NCBI GenBank assembly: GCA_963677925.2
Contig: CAXXYH010000004.1
Location: forward strand, 2,304,001 to 2,368,000
Direction: 5' to 3'
Length of the DNA stretch: 64,000 bases
From: Spirochaetia bacterium
Lineage (GTDB): Bacteria > Spirochaetota > Spirochaetia > UBA9216
The translations under genes and the position numbers were made by a program. Positions 29,837 through 40,254 of the stretch are shown piece by piece. Numbering within the stretch: the stretch's first letter is position 1; each line of letters begins with the position of its first letter. The notes under the pieces are model-generated. The model did not search any database and was not told the origin of the DNA. It was given only the letters and a program-made list of their open reading frames with translations.

Positions 29837-31318
29837 ATGAAAACTTCTTCAAAACAGGCACTTATCTCCTTTAAAGACGTAAGCATCGTCAGTAAATCCG
29901 GACTTAAACTTGAAAACATGAATTTTGAAATTCCCGCATCAGGGATAATTTGCATTTACGGGCCTAACGGTTCCGGAAAGGGGCTTATAAGCGGTCTGAT
30001 AGACGGCAGTCTTAAACCCGTCAACGGAGAGCTGATTAGAAGTGCAGAAATTACCCGCTCCGGCGTTGTGACAGTGTCTCAGGCCGAACAGAAAAAGATC
30101 ATGGATTATGAGCGATACTTTGATGACAGTGAGTTTATGCAGGGGGCAACGGATCCCGGTAGAAGTGTAAGAAAGATCATACTGGAAAATATTACAGAAG
30201 AGGGCAGAAGAGCCTTTGAAGAACTGTCTGACAAGCTCGGAATGGATAAAATCCTGGGACGGGGATTGCGGTTTCTTTCAACCGGTGAATTCAGAAAGAC
30301 AATGATTCTCAGGGGGGCATGTTCATCACCGGAAATACTGATCCTGGATGATCCGTACACAGGTCTCGATATCACTTCACGTGAGGAGCTGCACAGTCTT
30401 ATTCCCCATCTGCTTGACTATGTCAGGACTGTAATTATTTTTACAGGCCGTTCACATGATATCCCTGAATGTGCCGACAGAATCCTGAAGATTAATAACA
30501 GCACGGTGTCTGTTGTTGATGATAGAAGCGGGCTGACCGTAAAATATTCAGAAAGCAGGAAAGACGGTATTGAAGCGCTTATTGATAATTCAGTGGAAAA
30601 GACTAAGAACGAAGCTGCTGTTGAATTGATATCGATGACAAATGTAAATTTAAGTTATTATGAGGTGCCTATCCTTAAGGATATTAACTGGAGAGTTAAA
30701 ACAGGTGAGCACTGGAAACTCAGCGGTCCAAACGGTTCCGGAAAAACCACTCTGTTAAGCCTTATTAATGGAGACAACCCCAAGGCTTACGGACAGGATA
30801 TTTATCTCTTTGGAAGGAAAAAGGGGTCCGGTGAGAGTATATGGGATCTCAAAAAGGAAATAGGTGTCGTCTCCGGCGCTCTTCAGCATAGCTACCGAAT
30901 CAGACAGACAGTTATTGAAGTTATAATGTCAGGTTTTTTTGATACCATCGGATTGTATGATAAACCCGACCTTCATCAGCGTGAGACTGCAGAGAAATGG
31001 TGCAGGGGGCTTGGGATTATTGAATACAGAGACAGGGAATTTCCCGGTCTTTCCGCCGGGATAGCCAGAGTAGCACTTATTGCAAGGGCTATGGTCAAAA
31101 AACCGGAACTGCTGATTCTCGATGAACCCTGCCAGGGGCTGGATGATGAAAACTCGAGGTTTATCCTGGATGCTGCAGAGGCAATAATCAGCAGCCGGCA
31201 TTCAACCCTTCTTTATGTCAGCCATGATACAGACTTTCAGCTGAAGGGAATTACGCATAATCTTCAGCTTGTTCCGCATCCGGAAGGCGGTTCGACCTGT
31301 GAAATCAGTCTGAACTGA
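29837..31318 (+). CDS. modF: Duplicated ABC ATPase, ModF-like
   Basis: Two GPNGSGK Walker A motifs, LSTGEFRK, LFGRKKGSGESIWDLKKEIG. Confidence 0.85.
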   Translation: MKTSSKQALISFKDVSIVSKSGLKLENMNFEIPASGIICIYGPNGSGKGLISGLIDGSLKPVNGELIRSAEITRSGVVTVSQAEQKKIMDYERYFDDSEFMQGATDPGRSVRKIILENITEEGRRAFEELSDKLGMDKILGRGLRFLSTGEFRKTMILRGACSSPEILILDDPYTGLDITSREELHSLIPHLLDYVRTVIIFTGRSHDIPECADRILKINNSTVSVVDDRSGLTVKYSESRKDGIEALIDNSVEKTKNEAAVELISMTNVNLSYYEVPILKDINWRVKTGEHWKLSGPNGSGKTTLLSLINGDNPKAYGQDIYLFGRKKGSGESIWDLKKEIGVVSGALQHSYRIRQTVIEVIMSGFFDTIGLYDKPDLHQRETAEKWCRGLGIIEYRDREFPGLSAGIARVALIARAMVKKPELLILDEPCQGLDDENSRFILDAAEAIISSRHSTLLYVSHDTDFQLKGITHNLQLVPHPEGGSTCEISLN

Positions 31319-31362
31319 TTTTGAGTCAAAAATCATAAATTTATAAAAAACTTAAATATCTC

Positions 31363-31389
31363 TAAACTGCCTTTTTTAAATTCCGATGA
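31363..31389 (+). promoter_or_regulatory. sigma28 promoter of the flgN-flgK-flgL-fliW-csrA operon
   Basis: TAAA-15nt-TCCGATGA. Confidence 0.65.
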
Positions 31390-31409
31390 TTAAAAAGAGG
31401 TATTATCTG

Positions 31410-31910
31410 ATGACTATAAACATACTGAGCGAAAAACTTGCCGATCTCATGGAGAAGGAAACGGAACTTATTGAAACAATAAGCTCTGAGGAACAGCTTC
31501 TCCAGAAAACCCTCACTGAAAAGAACTGGTCTGAAATGGAAAAAGTTATCTGCAGACTTACACCTCTGTCAGCTAAGGTTGAGAAAACTGAATCTGATCG
31601 TGAAAAAGTTTTCAGTACACTCATGGATGCCTGCGGTAAAAAGGAGTCTGAAGGCTTTTATGCTGTCGCTATGTATATGGAAGGCGATGCAAAAGAACGC
31701 TGTATGGCATCATACAGAAAACTGAAGGTATCTCTTTTGAAAGTTCAGAGCATAACCGGAAGTATAGATCAATATGTTAAGAACGTTGGAAATACAACCC
31801 AGAAAATTTTAAGTGAAATCTTTCCGTACAGGAAAGGAAGTATATATTCCAGTCGCGGAGGTACCAGGCCGGTGCACAGCGACCCGATGGTGTTTAACAG
31901 GCACTTCTAA
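31410..31910 (+). CDS. flgN: Flagellar export chaperone FlgN family
   Basis: Helical protein directly upstream of flgK; start at MTINIL after AGAGG. Confidence 0.7.
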   Translation: MTINILSEKLADLMEKETELIETISSEEQLLQKTLTEKNWSEMEKVICRLTPLSAKVEKTESDREKVFSTLMDACGKKESEGFYAVAMYMEGDAKERCMASYRKLKVSLLKVQSITGSIDQYVKNVGNTTQKILSEIFPYRKGSIYSSRGGTRPVHSDPMVFNRHF

Positions 31911-31921
31911 AGGAGAAGAGC

Positions 31922-33799
31922 ATGCAGTCAACCTTTTCAGGAATTGAGTTAGGAAAACGCGGTCTTGTATCTCATACAACAGGACTTCAGACTATAGGAC
32001 ATAACGTAACCAATGCCTCAGTCGAAGGCTATTCACGGCAGAGAGTAGAGATGGGTGCTGTTGATCCCCTTTATGTTCCAGGACTCAACAGAGAAAATAC
32101 CCCCGGACAGATAGGACAGGGTGTTGAAGTTACAAGAATTGAAAGAATACGGGATATGCTTCTTGAAAACAGAATAGTCGGGCAGGGAAGTGATGTCGGC
32201 TGGTGGGAAACCCGTGATAAATATATCCTGATGGTTGAACAGGTATACAATGAGCCGACAGAGTCTTCTCTTAGAACCAGAATGGATAAGTTCTGGGAAT
32301 CATGGCAGGAACTCTCCCTGCACCCTGATGAACTTGCCTCACGTCAGGCAGTGCTTGAACGTGGTGAAGCTCTGAATAATGGTATTAATACACGCTATGA
32401 GTCACTTGCCGAGATACGTACAATGCTCAATGAAGATGTGCAGGTAACTGTAGATCGGGTTAATGCGATACTTGATAAAATCTCTGCTGTTAATGAACAG
32501 ATTGTGAAAGTGGAAGCAATGGGAGATAACCCCAATGATTTATACGACCAGCGTGATCGCCTTGTTCGTGATATGTCATCAATAATCGATATTTCTACAG
32601 ATGGGCGTGATCCTGATGAGTTTACTATTCACACCGGCGGACTGCATCTTATGCAGGGCAAGCTCAAACATACACTTGATGCAGTTGCCAATCCTCAGAA
32701 TGACGGATACCTTGATGTTGTATGGGCCGATAACGGAGAGAGAGCTTACTTTTCTTCCGGAAGCCTTCCTGCTCTCATTGAGCTTCGTGACGGAGATGTA
32801 CGTTCTGAAATACAGAATCTTGATATGATGGCAGTTAACTTCGTTGATCTTGTAAATGAGATTCACAGCAACGCCTGGGGGCAGAATGGAAAAACAGGTA
32901 CCGATTTTTTCAAGGAATATCCTTTTATAAATAATGTCGCCGGAAATTATGACAGGAACGGCGACGGCGCCTATGATTCAAGCTGGATCTTCAGAATGAA
33001 CGGCGCAAACAGCCTTGAAGCTCAGGAGCAGATAGGCATAAGAGGTACAATTACACTGAGTGCCTCGGAAGGAAATAAAACTGTCGATTACTTTCCTACA
33101 GACAGTGTGCAGGATGTTATAGATCGTATTAATTATTCAGGAAGTGAGGTAACAGCCGGATTAAATATGTTCAACCAGCTTACTCTCAAGGGAACTCCGG
33201 CTGATGCAATAGAGAATCCCGACTTTGTTATCCGGTATGTTGAAGATTCCGGTAACTTCCTGACAGGATACGCCGGAATACTAGCAGGTTCAGGTCCGGA
33301 AGGTGCGTACAGCTGGGAAACAGCAGATGCAGTGAATCAGCTTAGAACTGGTGAAGCAGGATACGCCGTAGCTCCGCTCTCTCACCCCTCAGGCTACATG
33401 GAACTCACCAATGCGGTTAAAAATGATCCTGGTTCAATTGCCGCCGGATTCGGAGAGAATGGAAGAGCAGCAATGCCCGGCGACGGTACTGCAGCTCTGG
33501 CGATAGCATCGCTGCGCAACAGTTCGGTGATGATTGGTGATGTTCCCGGATTTGATGAATACTTCTCCGCCACTGTAGCTGATATCGGGCTCAGAGGTGA
33601 AACCGCCGAGCGTTCACTTGAAACAGAAGAGATAATTATGAAAGAGCTTTCAGATATGCAGGAATCAATATCAGGTGTAAATATGGATGAGGAGCTTGCC
33701 GAGATGATTAAATTTCAGCATGGTTATTCCGCTGCTGCGAAGGTAGTTAACACCTTTGATGAAATGCTCGACACAATAATCAACAGGATGGGGGTATAA
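31922..33799 (+). CDS. flgK: Flagellar hook-associated protein 1
   Basis: GHNVTNASVEGYSRQRV, SGVNMDEELAEMIKFQHGYSAAAK. Confidence 0.97.
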   Translation: MQSTFSGIELGKRGLVSHTTGLQTIGHNVTNASVEGYSRQRVEMGAVDPLYVPGLNRENTPGQIGQGVEVTRIERIRDMLLENRIVGQGSDVGWWETRDKYILMVEQVYNEPTESSLRTRMDKFWESWQELSLHPDELASRQAVLERGEALNNGINTRYESLAEIRTMLNEDVQVTVDRVNAILDKISAVNEQIVKVEAMGDNPNDLYDQRDRLVRDMSSIIDISTDGRDPDEFTIHTGGLHLMQGKLKHTLDAVANPQNDGYLDVVWADNGERAYFSSGSLPALIELRDGDVRSEIQNLDMMAVNFVDLVNEIHSNAWGQNGKTGTDFFKEYPFINNVAGNYDRNGDGAYDSSWIFRMNGANSLEAQEQIGIRGTITLSASEGNKTVDYFPTDSVQDVIDRINYSGSEVTAGLNMFNQLTLKGTPADAIENPDFVIRYVEDSGNFLTGYAGILAGSGPEGAYSWETADAVNQLRTGEAGYAVAPLSHPSGYMELTNAVKNDPGSIAAGFGENGRAAMPGDGTAALAIASLRNSSVMIGDVPGFDEYFSATVADIGLRGETAERSLETEEIIMKELSDMQESISGVNMDEELAEMIKFQHGYSAAAKVVNTFDEMLDTIINRMGV

Positions 33800-33804
33800 A
33801 CTGA

Positions 33805-35052
33805 ATGAAAAGAATCAGTACCTACATGCCGAATGACGATATGCAGTACCGTATGCGGCTACAGGAATGGAAGATGGGAGATCTTCAGTCTAAGATCGCA
33901 GAGCAGACACGGGTGAAGGAACTACGTGATGATCCTATTGCTGCAGCTCATTCCACACGGTATCAGTCCAAAATATCACGGTTAACAAGATTTACAGAAA
34001 ATATTGAAACAGTGCAGAGTGATCACCGGATTGCGGAAGGCTACATCACCAGTGCAAATAATATCCTGCTTAGAATTCGCGAACTGGCTGTACAGGGCGC
34101 AAACGATACATATTCAAAAGAAGATAAGTCCTATATGGCTGAGGAAGTTGACCAGCTGCTTAATGAACTTGTTGAAATATCAAATGCTACAAACGGGAAC
34201 GGTCAGACTATTTTTGCAGGTGATAAAAATAAGGGGCTTGCATTTAGGGCGGATTCCGGCAATGTTCCAGGTGCTTCAGGTACAAGAATTACCTCCGTTG
34301 AATATACTGGAACTGTTAACAAGCAGGCTGCTGAAATTTCAGATCATAATCTTATTAATGTAGATTTTCCCGGCAACAGGGTATTCTGGGCCGAACAGCA
34401 GCAGATATTTTCTTCTGTGAATGCTTCCGAATACAGGGCTCTTGAAGACTCATCAATTCTTATTGATGGAGAAAAAATCGATATAAAATCAGGTGATAAT
34501 ATTCATGCTGTTATTTCCAGAATAAACAAGGCCGATATTGCAGTAAAAGCTTCTTTAGACCCTGTTACAAGTTCAGTTATCCTAAAGTCTACTATGCCTC
34601 ATCAGATATGGCTTGAAGACGGTGGTGATGGAACTGCTCTAAAAGATCTTGGAGTAATTTCCGCCTCAGCGGGCGGCCCTCCAGCCAACATCCATCGCGA
34701 TGCCCGTGTTTCCGGCGGTTCATTATTTGATATGGTCATAAGTCTGCGCGACAATCTGTATGCAGGAAATACTATTGATATCGGCGGAAAAGCTCTAAAA
34801 GGCCTTGATCTTGCTCATAACAACATGTTATCCGAACTTGCACGCCTTGGTGCTGAGGATGAACGAATGCAGGTAGTGAATGAACGTCTTTCTTATGAAA
34901 TACCGAATATTCAGCAGATGGATTCCAATGCTGTAGATCTTGATTTTGCCGAGGCAATAACTGAACTTAAAATGATGGAAAGGACTCAGCAGGCTACACT
35001 GCAGACTGCTGCTAAAATATTAAAACCAACACTGCTGGATTATTTGAGGTAA
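33805..35052 (+). CDS. flgL: Flagellar hook-associated protein 3
   Basis: DDPIAAA, RIRELAVQGANDT, DLDFAEAITEL, PTLLDYLR. Confidence 0.96.
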   Translation: MKRISTYMPNDDMQYRMRLQEWKMGDLQSKIAEQTRVKELRDDPIAAAHSTRYQSKISRLTRFTENIETVQSDHRIAEGYITSANNILLRIRELAVQGANDTYSKEDKSYMAEEVDQLLNELVEISNATNGNGQTIFAGDKNKGLAFRADSGNVPGASGTRITSVEYTGTVNKQAAEISDHNLINVDFPGNRVFWAEQQQIFSSVNASEYRALEDSSILIDGEKIDIKSGDNIHAVISRINKADIAVKASLDPVTSSVILKSTMPHQIWLEDGGDGTALKDLGVISASAGGPPANIHRDARVSGGSLFDMVISLRDNLYAGNTIDIGGKALKGLDLAHNNMLSELARLGAEDERMQVVNERLSYEIPNIQQMDSNAVDLDFAEAITELKMMERTQQATLQTAAKILKPTLLDYLR

Positions 35053-35513
35053 TGATGTTAACAGTAAATACAAAGGCTTATGGAACGATTGAAGTTGATG
35101 AGCGCCAGAAGATAACTTTTTCAAACGGACTTTTCGGTTTTGAGAACCTTCATGAATTTGTCCTTCTTGATGCTCAGCAGCAGCCTTTTTACTGGCTGCA
35201 GTCACTTGAAGTTAAGGAAACAGCCTTTGTAATGATAAATCCGGGAGTTTTCAGAACAGATTACCATCCGGAAATAATTTCAGCCGATATGGTTGATCTT
35301 CAGCTTGAGAATCTTAAAGATCCTTCCGCGCTAATTTTTGCAATTGTAACCATCCCTGAAAACCAGCAGAAGATGTCTGCCAATCTGCAGGGCCCTGTTA
35401 TCATTAACAAGGAAAAGAAAATAGGTAAGCAGAGCATAACCATTGACTCCTGTTGGAAAACGAAGCATTACATTCTTGAAGAACTGGCAGGTTCAAGAGG
35501 TAAGGCATGCTGA
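35052..35513 (+). CDS. fliW: Flagellar assembly factor / CsrA antagonist FliW
   Basis: [24 protein letters not shown]. Confidence 0.95.
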   Translation: MMLTVNTKAYGTIEVDERQKITFSNGLFGFENLHEFVLLDAQQQPFYWLQSLEVKETAFVMINPGVFRTDYHPEIISADMVDLQLENLKDPSALIFAIVTIPENQQKMSANLQGPVIINKEKKIGKQSITIDSCWKTKHYILEELAGSRGKAC

Positions 35514-35740
35514 TACTTACCAGAAAAATAAATGAAAGCATTACTATAGGTGACAATATAGAAATTTCAGTAGTAGAGATTAAAGGAGATCAGGTTAAAA
35601 TCGGAATTAATGCACCGAAAGAAATAAAAGTTTTCAGAAAAGAAGTTTATGTGGCTATACAGAAAGAGAATGAGGAAGCTGCGGCAAGCAGTGCTCTGGT
35701 ACTTCCCGAAATTACAGATCTGATTCGTGATAAGGAATAA
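35507..35740 (+). CDS. csrA: Carbon storage regulator (translational repressor)
   Basis: [18 protein letters not shown]...[17 protein letters not shown]. Confidence 0.97.
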   Translation: MLILTRKINESITIGDNIEISVVEIKGDQVKIGINAPKEIKVFRKEVYVAIQKENEEAAASSALVLPEITDLIRDKE

Positions 35741-35745
35741 GTAAA

Positions 35746-36789
35746 TTATAGATCTTCAAAAACTTCAAGTGTTTCAAGATCTTCATCTTTTACCTGAGGA
35801 AGATCATCGGCAAGAGCCTGATATATATCGTTAATAGCATCTGAAATATCAAGAAAGACATCAATCAGCCCGGGGTCAAAATGAGTTCCTGCTTCAGACT
35901 TTAAAATATCAACGGTTTTGTCGTGAGGAATAGCATCCTTATAGCTTCTTTTCATTCTTATTGCATCATAGCAGTCGGCAATAGCTGTAATTCTTGCTGA
36001 TAAAGGAATCAGGTTTTCTGCAAGTCCGAACATATATCCTGAACCGTCCCACCATTCATGATGGGAACGCGCAATTTCTCTTGCCATTTCATCAGGATAA
36101 TTGGCCATAATCATTGCACCGTTTATGGTGTGTTCCTTCATAATTATCCATTCATCATCAGTAAGAGATCCTTTTTTGCCTAATATATGATCAGGAGTGC
36201 CTATTTTTCCTACATCATGCATCGGTGCAAGGAAATGAATGTTTTCAATATAATCCTGATTAATCATATCATATCCGGCTTTTCGATGAAGTTCTTCTGC
36301 AATTCTTTTAGAATAGGCGCCGACTCTTTTGATGTGATTCCCGGTGTCATTATCCTTAAGCTTTGAAGCTTCAAGAAGTCCAAGGTAAGTTTTCCGAAGA
36401 AGAGATTTATTCTCATCTGTAATGTCGTCAAGAATCCCAAGCAGATTAGATAGTTCAGCATTTCCATGGTCAGTAGAGAAGGGCATTAAAAGCATATTTG
36501 CTGTAATTTTGGTGGTATTACGTGTAAGCATGCTTACTTTGATTTTAGCAGAATACCCGTTTGATTTATTGAGGAGGATACGTGAAACCGTATCAAATGC
36601 TGATTCAATTTCAAGCGGGTAAAAATCTTCAGGCAGATAGTGTTCCCTGAAAATTCTGTTAGACCATAAAATTTCGAGTCCTGGAGACAGAAATATTACC
36701 GGGAATGAAACATTTTCGTAAATATTAGTATAATTATGAAGATTTTCAGTTAATTCAATGTAAATTTCAGAACCTGCATAATCACCCAT
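35746..36789 (-). CDS. HD-GYP domain phosphodiesterase with PAS-like N-terminus
   Basis: TGNHIKRV, HDVGK, HHEWWDGSGYM, IADCYDA. Confidence 0.9.
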   Translation of the reverse strand: MGDYAGSEIYIELTENLHNYTNIYENVSFPVIFLSPGLEILWSNRIFREHYLPEDFYPLEIESAFDTVSRILLNKSNGYSAKIKVSMLTRNTTKITANMLLMPFSTDHGNAELSNLLGILDDITDENKSLLRKTYLGLLEASKLKDNDTGNHIKRVGAYSKRIAEELHRKAGYDMINQDYIENIHFLAPMHDVGKIGTPDHILGKKGSLTDDEWIIMKEHTINGAMIMANYPDEMAREIARSHHEWWDGSGYMFGLAENLIPLSARITAIADCYDAIRMKRSYKDAIPHDKTVDILKSEAGTHFDPGLIDVFLDISDAINDIYQALADDLPQVKDEDLETLEVFEDL

Positions 36790-36803
36790 CTGTTTTCTCC
36801 GAA

Positions 36804-37481
36804 TCAGGATTTGCTTAATATTTCAGCATCACTTAATCTGATATACATTGGTCCAACATTTTCAGCTTCTGCGCCGTATTCATTAAATTTTCTGATTCCG
36901 CATTCAATCATAGCTGAGGAAATTCCGGGTTCATAATCCAAATCAAACATTAATCCATCATCCGGAGTTTTATATTTTTCTGAAATACGTCCATGAAAAA
37001 TCCCGGCTCCGGGACCGCAGAAAAGTATATTCTCATTTATACTGCATATCTTAAGTATGCTCTCAGCATCCTTATCGTAGTATTCCGATGTTTTTACAGA
37101 ATTACGAAATAATGCAGTGTAAAAATTCGATTTTCTGGCATCAATCAGAGGAACCGTTATGCCATTAAAATATCTGTGCCTGTAAGCAATTGCATCAAGT
37201 AATGATACTGCTACAAAAGGAACTTTTCCGCCGGCCGCAAGACCCTTCGCTGTTGACATCCCTATTCTAAGTCCGGTAAATGAGCCGGGACCAAGAGAAC
37301 AAACCATAAGATCAAGATCTGAAAATTTAAGTTCAGCATCTGTCAGTAAGGTCTGAATATCAGTTGTGAGGTTTTCTGAATGTTTAAGACTGTTACTGCG
37401 GTTTATTTCTGAAAAAGTTTTATCTGTTTTGAGGCCTACAGATAAATTTTCTGTTGATGTATCAAATGCAAGTATATTCAT
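36804..37481 (-). CDS. tsaB: tRNA t6A biosynthesis protein TsaB
   Basis: [26 protein letters not shown]. Confidence 0.95.
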   Translation of the reverse strand: MNILAFDTSTENLSVGLKTDKTFSEINRSNSLKHSENLTTDIQTLLTDAELKFSDLDLMVCSLGPGSFTGLRIGMSTAKGLAAGGKVPFVAVSLLDAIAYRHRYFNGITVPLIDARKSNFYTALFRNSVKTSEYYDKDAESILKICSINENILFCGPGAGIFHGRISEKYKTPDDGLMFDLDYEPGISSAMIECGIRKFNEYGAEAENVGPMYIRLSDAEILSKS

Positions 37482-37903
37482 AATTCAAAACCTGTTAACT
37501 CCACAATACGTTCGCCGCCGGATTTAATTTCAATCACAATTCTGATGATATCTTCCGGAAGTAGATCTCCGGCTTTTTCACTCCATTCAATTATAGATAA
37601 TCCGTTTCCATAAAGCAATTCATCGGCTCCGAGCAGATAAAATTCTTCAAGATTATCCAGACGATAGAGATCCATATGATATAACGGAATTCTGCCGTCA
37701 TGATATTCGTTAATAATCGTGAAACTCGGGCTGGTAACTGTCTTTTTTATACCGAGACCTTCAGCTATACCCTTTGTGAGTGTAGTTTTTCCGGCGGCTA
37801 ATCCGCCGTCAAGTGCTATGATCATGCCTGGCGCTGTAACTGAGGATATTTTTTTTCCGAGGGATATCATATCATCCGCGGATGGTATCAGGAATTTATT
37901 CAG
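37478..37903 (-). CDS. tsaE: tRNA t6A biosynthesis ATPase TsaE
   Basis: GGLAAGKTT, VTSPSFTI, HMDLYRL, IIEW; start uncertain (CTG 37903 or ATG 37870). Confidence 0.93.
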   Translation of the reverse strand: MNKFLIPSADDMISLGKKISSVTAPGMIIALDGGLAAGKTTLTKGIAEGLGIKKTVTSPSFTIINEYHDGRIPLYHMDLYRLDNLEEFYLLGADELLYGNGLSIIEWSEKAGDLLPEDIIRIVIEIKSGGERIVELTGFEL

Positions 37904-38159
37904 AGAAAAATCCTTCTTTATGCTTGGAGAGAATATACTGTTCAAGCTCTTTTTTAAAACCCGATAAAGCAGCTTCCTCTGCATCTGTAAAATGTATGTA
38001 TACAGACAGCATTCCCAGTGCATTTTTCTCAAGAATAATCTCAATCTTACATTCGCTGGTATCTTTTATGTCTGAATATACAAGAACCCCATGGTATTCA
38101 TTGATATAATGAATTGGTGAATCTTTGCGTACTATATTTTTTAATTCAATGAAATTCAT
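37896..38159 (-). CDS. Small conserved hypothetical protein
   Basis: 87 aa, GGAGG SD, in the operon upstream of tsaE. Confidence 0.7.
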   Translation of the reverse strand: MNFIELKNIVRKDSPIHYINEYHGVLVYSDIKDTSECKIEIILEKNALGMLSVYIHFTDAEEAALSGFKKELEQYILSKHKEGFFSE

Positions 38160-38195
38160 CCCTTCCTCCGCAGAATTCTATATATATTATAAAGA

Positions 38196-39323
38196 TCAAT
38201 AATCATAAATGAAAGAGTTTATACTGTTTAGGTTTTTTTGTGTAACCTTTGTAAACATAATATGCATAGTCCCACCAAGTGGAGACCCTTTTCTAAAGTT
38301 TATAACCTTTCCAAAGCACCAGATTGAAGAGCTGTCGCCTGTTTCAAACTGCAGTTTTATCAAACCGCCTTTTAATACCGGTTTTGTTGATTTAACAGCG
38401 CATCCGCCTGCAGAAACATCAATAAGAGTGCCGAGAGAGCCTCTGTCGGTTTCAACTATAGCTCTTTTTTTTGCCTTTTTTCCCACCCCAACGGGTATGA
38501 CTTTTACCGGGTAGAAATACGCAGGTCTGCTGAGTTCCTTTCGTCTGAACCTTCTCTGCTGGGCCTGTTTCACCTTCCCTGAGTGCTGTAGCAGTACACT
38601 GGGCATCCCCTTAATATTGCTGTATCCGGTGACTTTGGAATCGAAAGAGAATCCCTGGCCGTTCTTCTTCCAGAAAAACACTTTTACAGGAGTCCATTTC
38701 TTCCATTTTATCTCTGAACCAAAGGAATCAACGGGCAGGGTTGCACTTAGGTAATTCTTAAGATTGGCGTTAATTTTAGACTGATACCTTCCTCCGTTTT
38801 CAGGTGTTACTGCAATATGCTGACCGGTAGGTATGGCGCCTGTTGCGGAAAAGCTTTTACCTTTTCCGACATTCCTTTCGATAGCCTGTTTTATTCTGTA
38901 TACAGTAGTTTTTTGGGCTTCTTTTACCTGTTCTGAGGCTACCTGATGTTCAATTTCCTGAATTGCCTTTCTTAGAAGTGAATCCAGATGACTGGAGTGT
39001 GTAAATACCAGATTGGGATTTGATGGTTTATAGTTTTCAACTAAATTAACAAGAGTATTAGCCTGAACTTTCGATAAACCGAGACGCATCGCTCTTTTAT
39101 GAAATGTCCGCTTATTGAATTTCCGAGGAGCAGGTTTTCTGCCGCTTCCACTGCCATATGAGCTGCCGCTCCGGCTTGATGATGATGGTTTAATGCGGCT
39201 TGCCAGAACCATCGCTACAATGATAGCAACAAGTACAATGAGTATAGTCCAGCTTTCACCAGGATCTCCCTTCTGAATGGATGGCAGAATTTTCTGTAAT
39301 AAAGGTAAATTTACCATCATCAT
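38196..39323 (-). CDS. Membrane-anchored PilZ-domain (flagellar-brake-like) c-di-GMP effector
   Basis: QRRFRR (RxxxR) and DVSAGG motifs; N-terminal TM helix. Confidence 0.85.
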   Translation of the reverse strand: MMMVNLPLLQKILPSIQKGDPGESWTILIVLVAIIVAMVLASRIKPSSSSRSGSSYGSGSGRKPAPRKFNKRTFHKRAMRLGLSKVQANTLVNLVENYKPSNPNLVFTHSSHLDSLLRKAIQEIEHQVASEQVKEAQKTTVYRIKQAIERNVGKGKSFSATGAIPTGQHIAVTPENGGRYQSKINANLKNYLSATLPVDSFGSEIKWKKWTPVKVFFWKKNGQGFSFDSKVTGYSNIKGMPSVLLQHSGKVKQAQQRRFRRKELSRPAYFYPVKVIPVGVGKKAKKRAIVETDRGSLGTLIDVSAGGCAVKSTKPVLKGGLIKLQFETGDSSSIWCFGKVINFRKGSPLGGTMHIMFTKVTQKNLNSINSFIYDY

Positions 39324-40232
39324 TTACTCCTTTTTAATATTCTGTTCCAGAACGTCAAGAAGACTCGAAACTCTGGGGGAAATTTCATACTCGAGGAGGT
39401 CTCCGACAAGGACACTGTCTCCAACCGAGAATGCTTCTGTGAATTCATTAAGAATTTCATTTAATGAAGTAAAATATTCACGAATTGTCATTTCATCAAT
39501 AACCGCATTGCTGAAATCAAGAACACCTGTGTTTTCAAGTATTGTATAGATTCTCAATAGTTTCTGGGTGAGCTCTGTAAATCTTATAATGCTGTTAAGC
39601 GCCTCTCTGTCTTTCCCTGTCTGCAGAAGAATAGATATATTATTTATATCCTCCAGTGATAAGCGCAGCACTTTAATTACTGCAGAAAGTTCATTTAAAG
39701 AGTCAGTCAGTTCTCTGATTCTATCATTTAAAATGATTAATACAGTTTTAATTCTTCCGAGTATGAAATCTGAGATCTCAGATTTATCAGGACTATCGGG
39801 GCTGAATAATTTCATTGCGGTGAACAGATCTGGATGCTTATCGTCTATCAGCTCATCCTGGATTCCTCCAAGAATTTCAATATACAGTTTCTCCGGCATT
39901 TCTGATTCCGTCTGGAGATCCTGGAGAAGGGGATAGTTCCCTGCGATCATAGCCTTCTCAAAAAGACTGAAATACTGATGCAGCAGCTGAATGTTTATCA
40001 GCAGAAGTTCAATCTGGCTTTTAACTTCAATATTTATATTTTCAACCTGATCAACCGGCTTGTTTTTGCATGAATCATCATTAAAATCATATGAATAACC
40101 GTCATAACTTACAGAAGTAATGTGATAGCTCTCAGCTGATGCCCAATCTGATAGCGCATTGACTACTTCGGAAAGTACCTTTTCAGATTCAAGCTGGAAA
40201 TCAATTTTATCTTTGTTAATGTATATATTCAT
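39324..40232 (-). CDS. Conserved hypothetical helical protein downstream of fliD
   Basis: 302 aa, C-terminal DSVLVGDLLEYEI. Confidence 0.7.
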   Translation of the reverse strand: MNIYINKDKIDFQLESEKVLSEVVNALSDWASAESYHITSVSYDGYSYDFNDDSCKNKPVDQVENINIEVKSQIELLLINIQLLHQYFSLFEKAMIAGNYPLLQDLQTESEMPEKLYIEILGGIQDELIDDKHPDLFTAMKLFSPDSPDKSEISDFILGRIKTVLIILNDRIRELTDSLNELSAVIKVLRLSLEDINNISILLQTGKDREALNSIIRFTELTQKLLRIYTILENTGVLDFSNAVIDEMTIREYFTSLNEILNEFTEAFSVGDSVLVGDLLEYEISPRVSSLLDVLEQNIKKE

Positions 40233-40254
40233 GCTCTAAGCCGTCCTCCGCCTG

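Noticed and set aside
36804-38159. tsaE/tsaB inside a flagellar cluster
   Set aside because: To my recollection this linkage is conserved spirochete synteny, so it is not novel in itself
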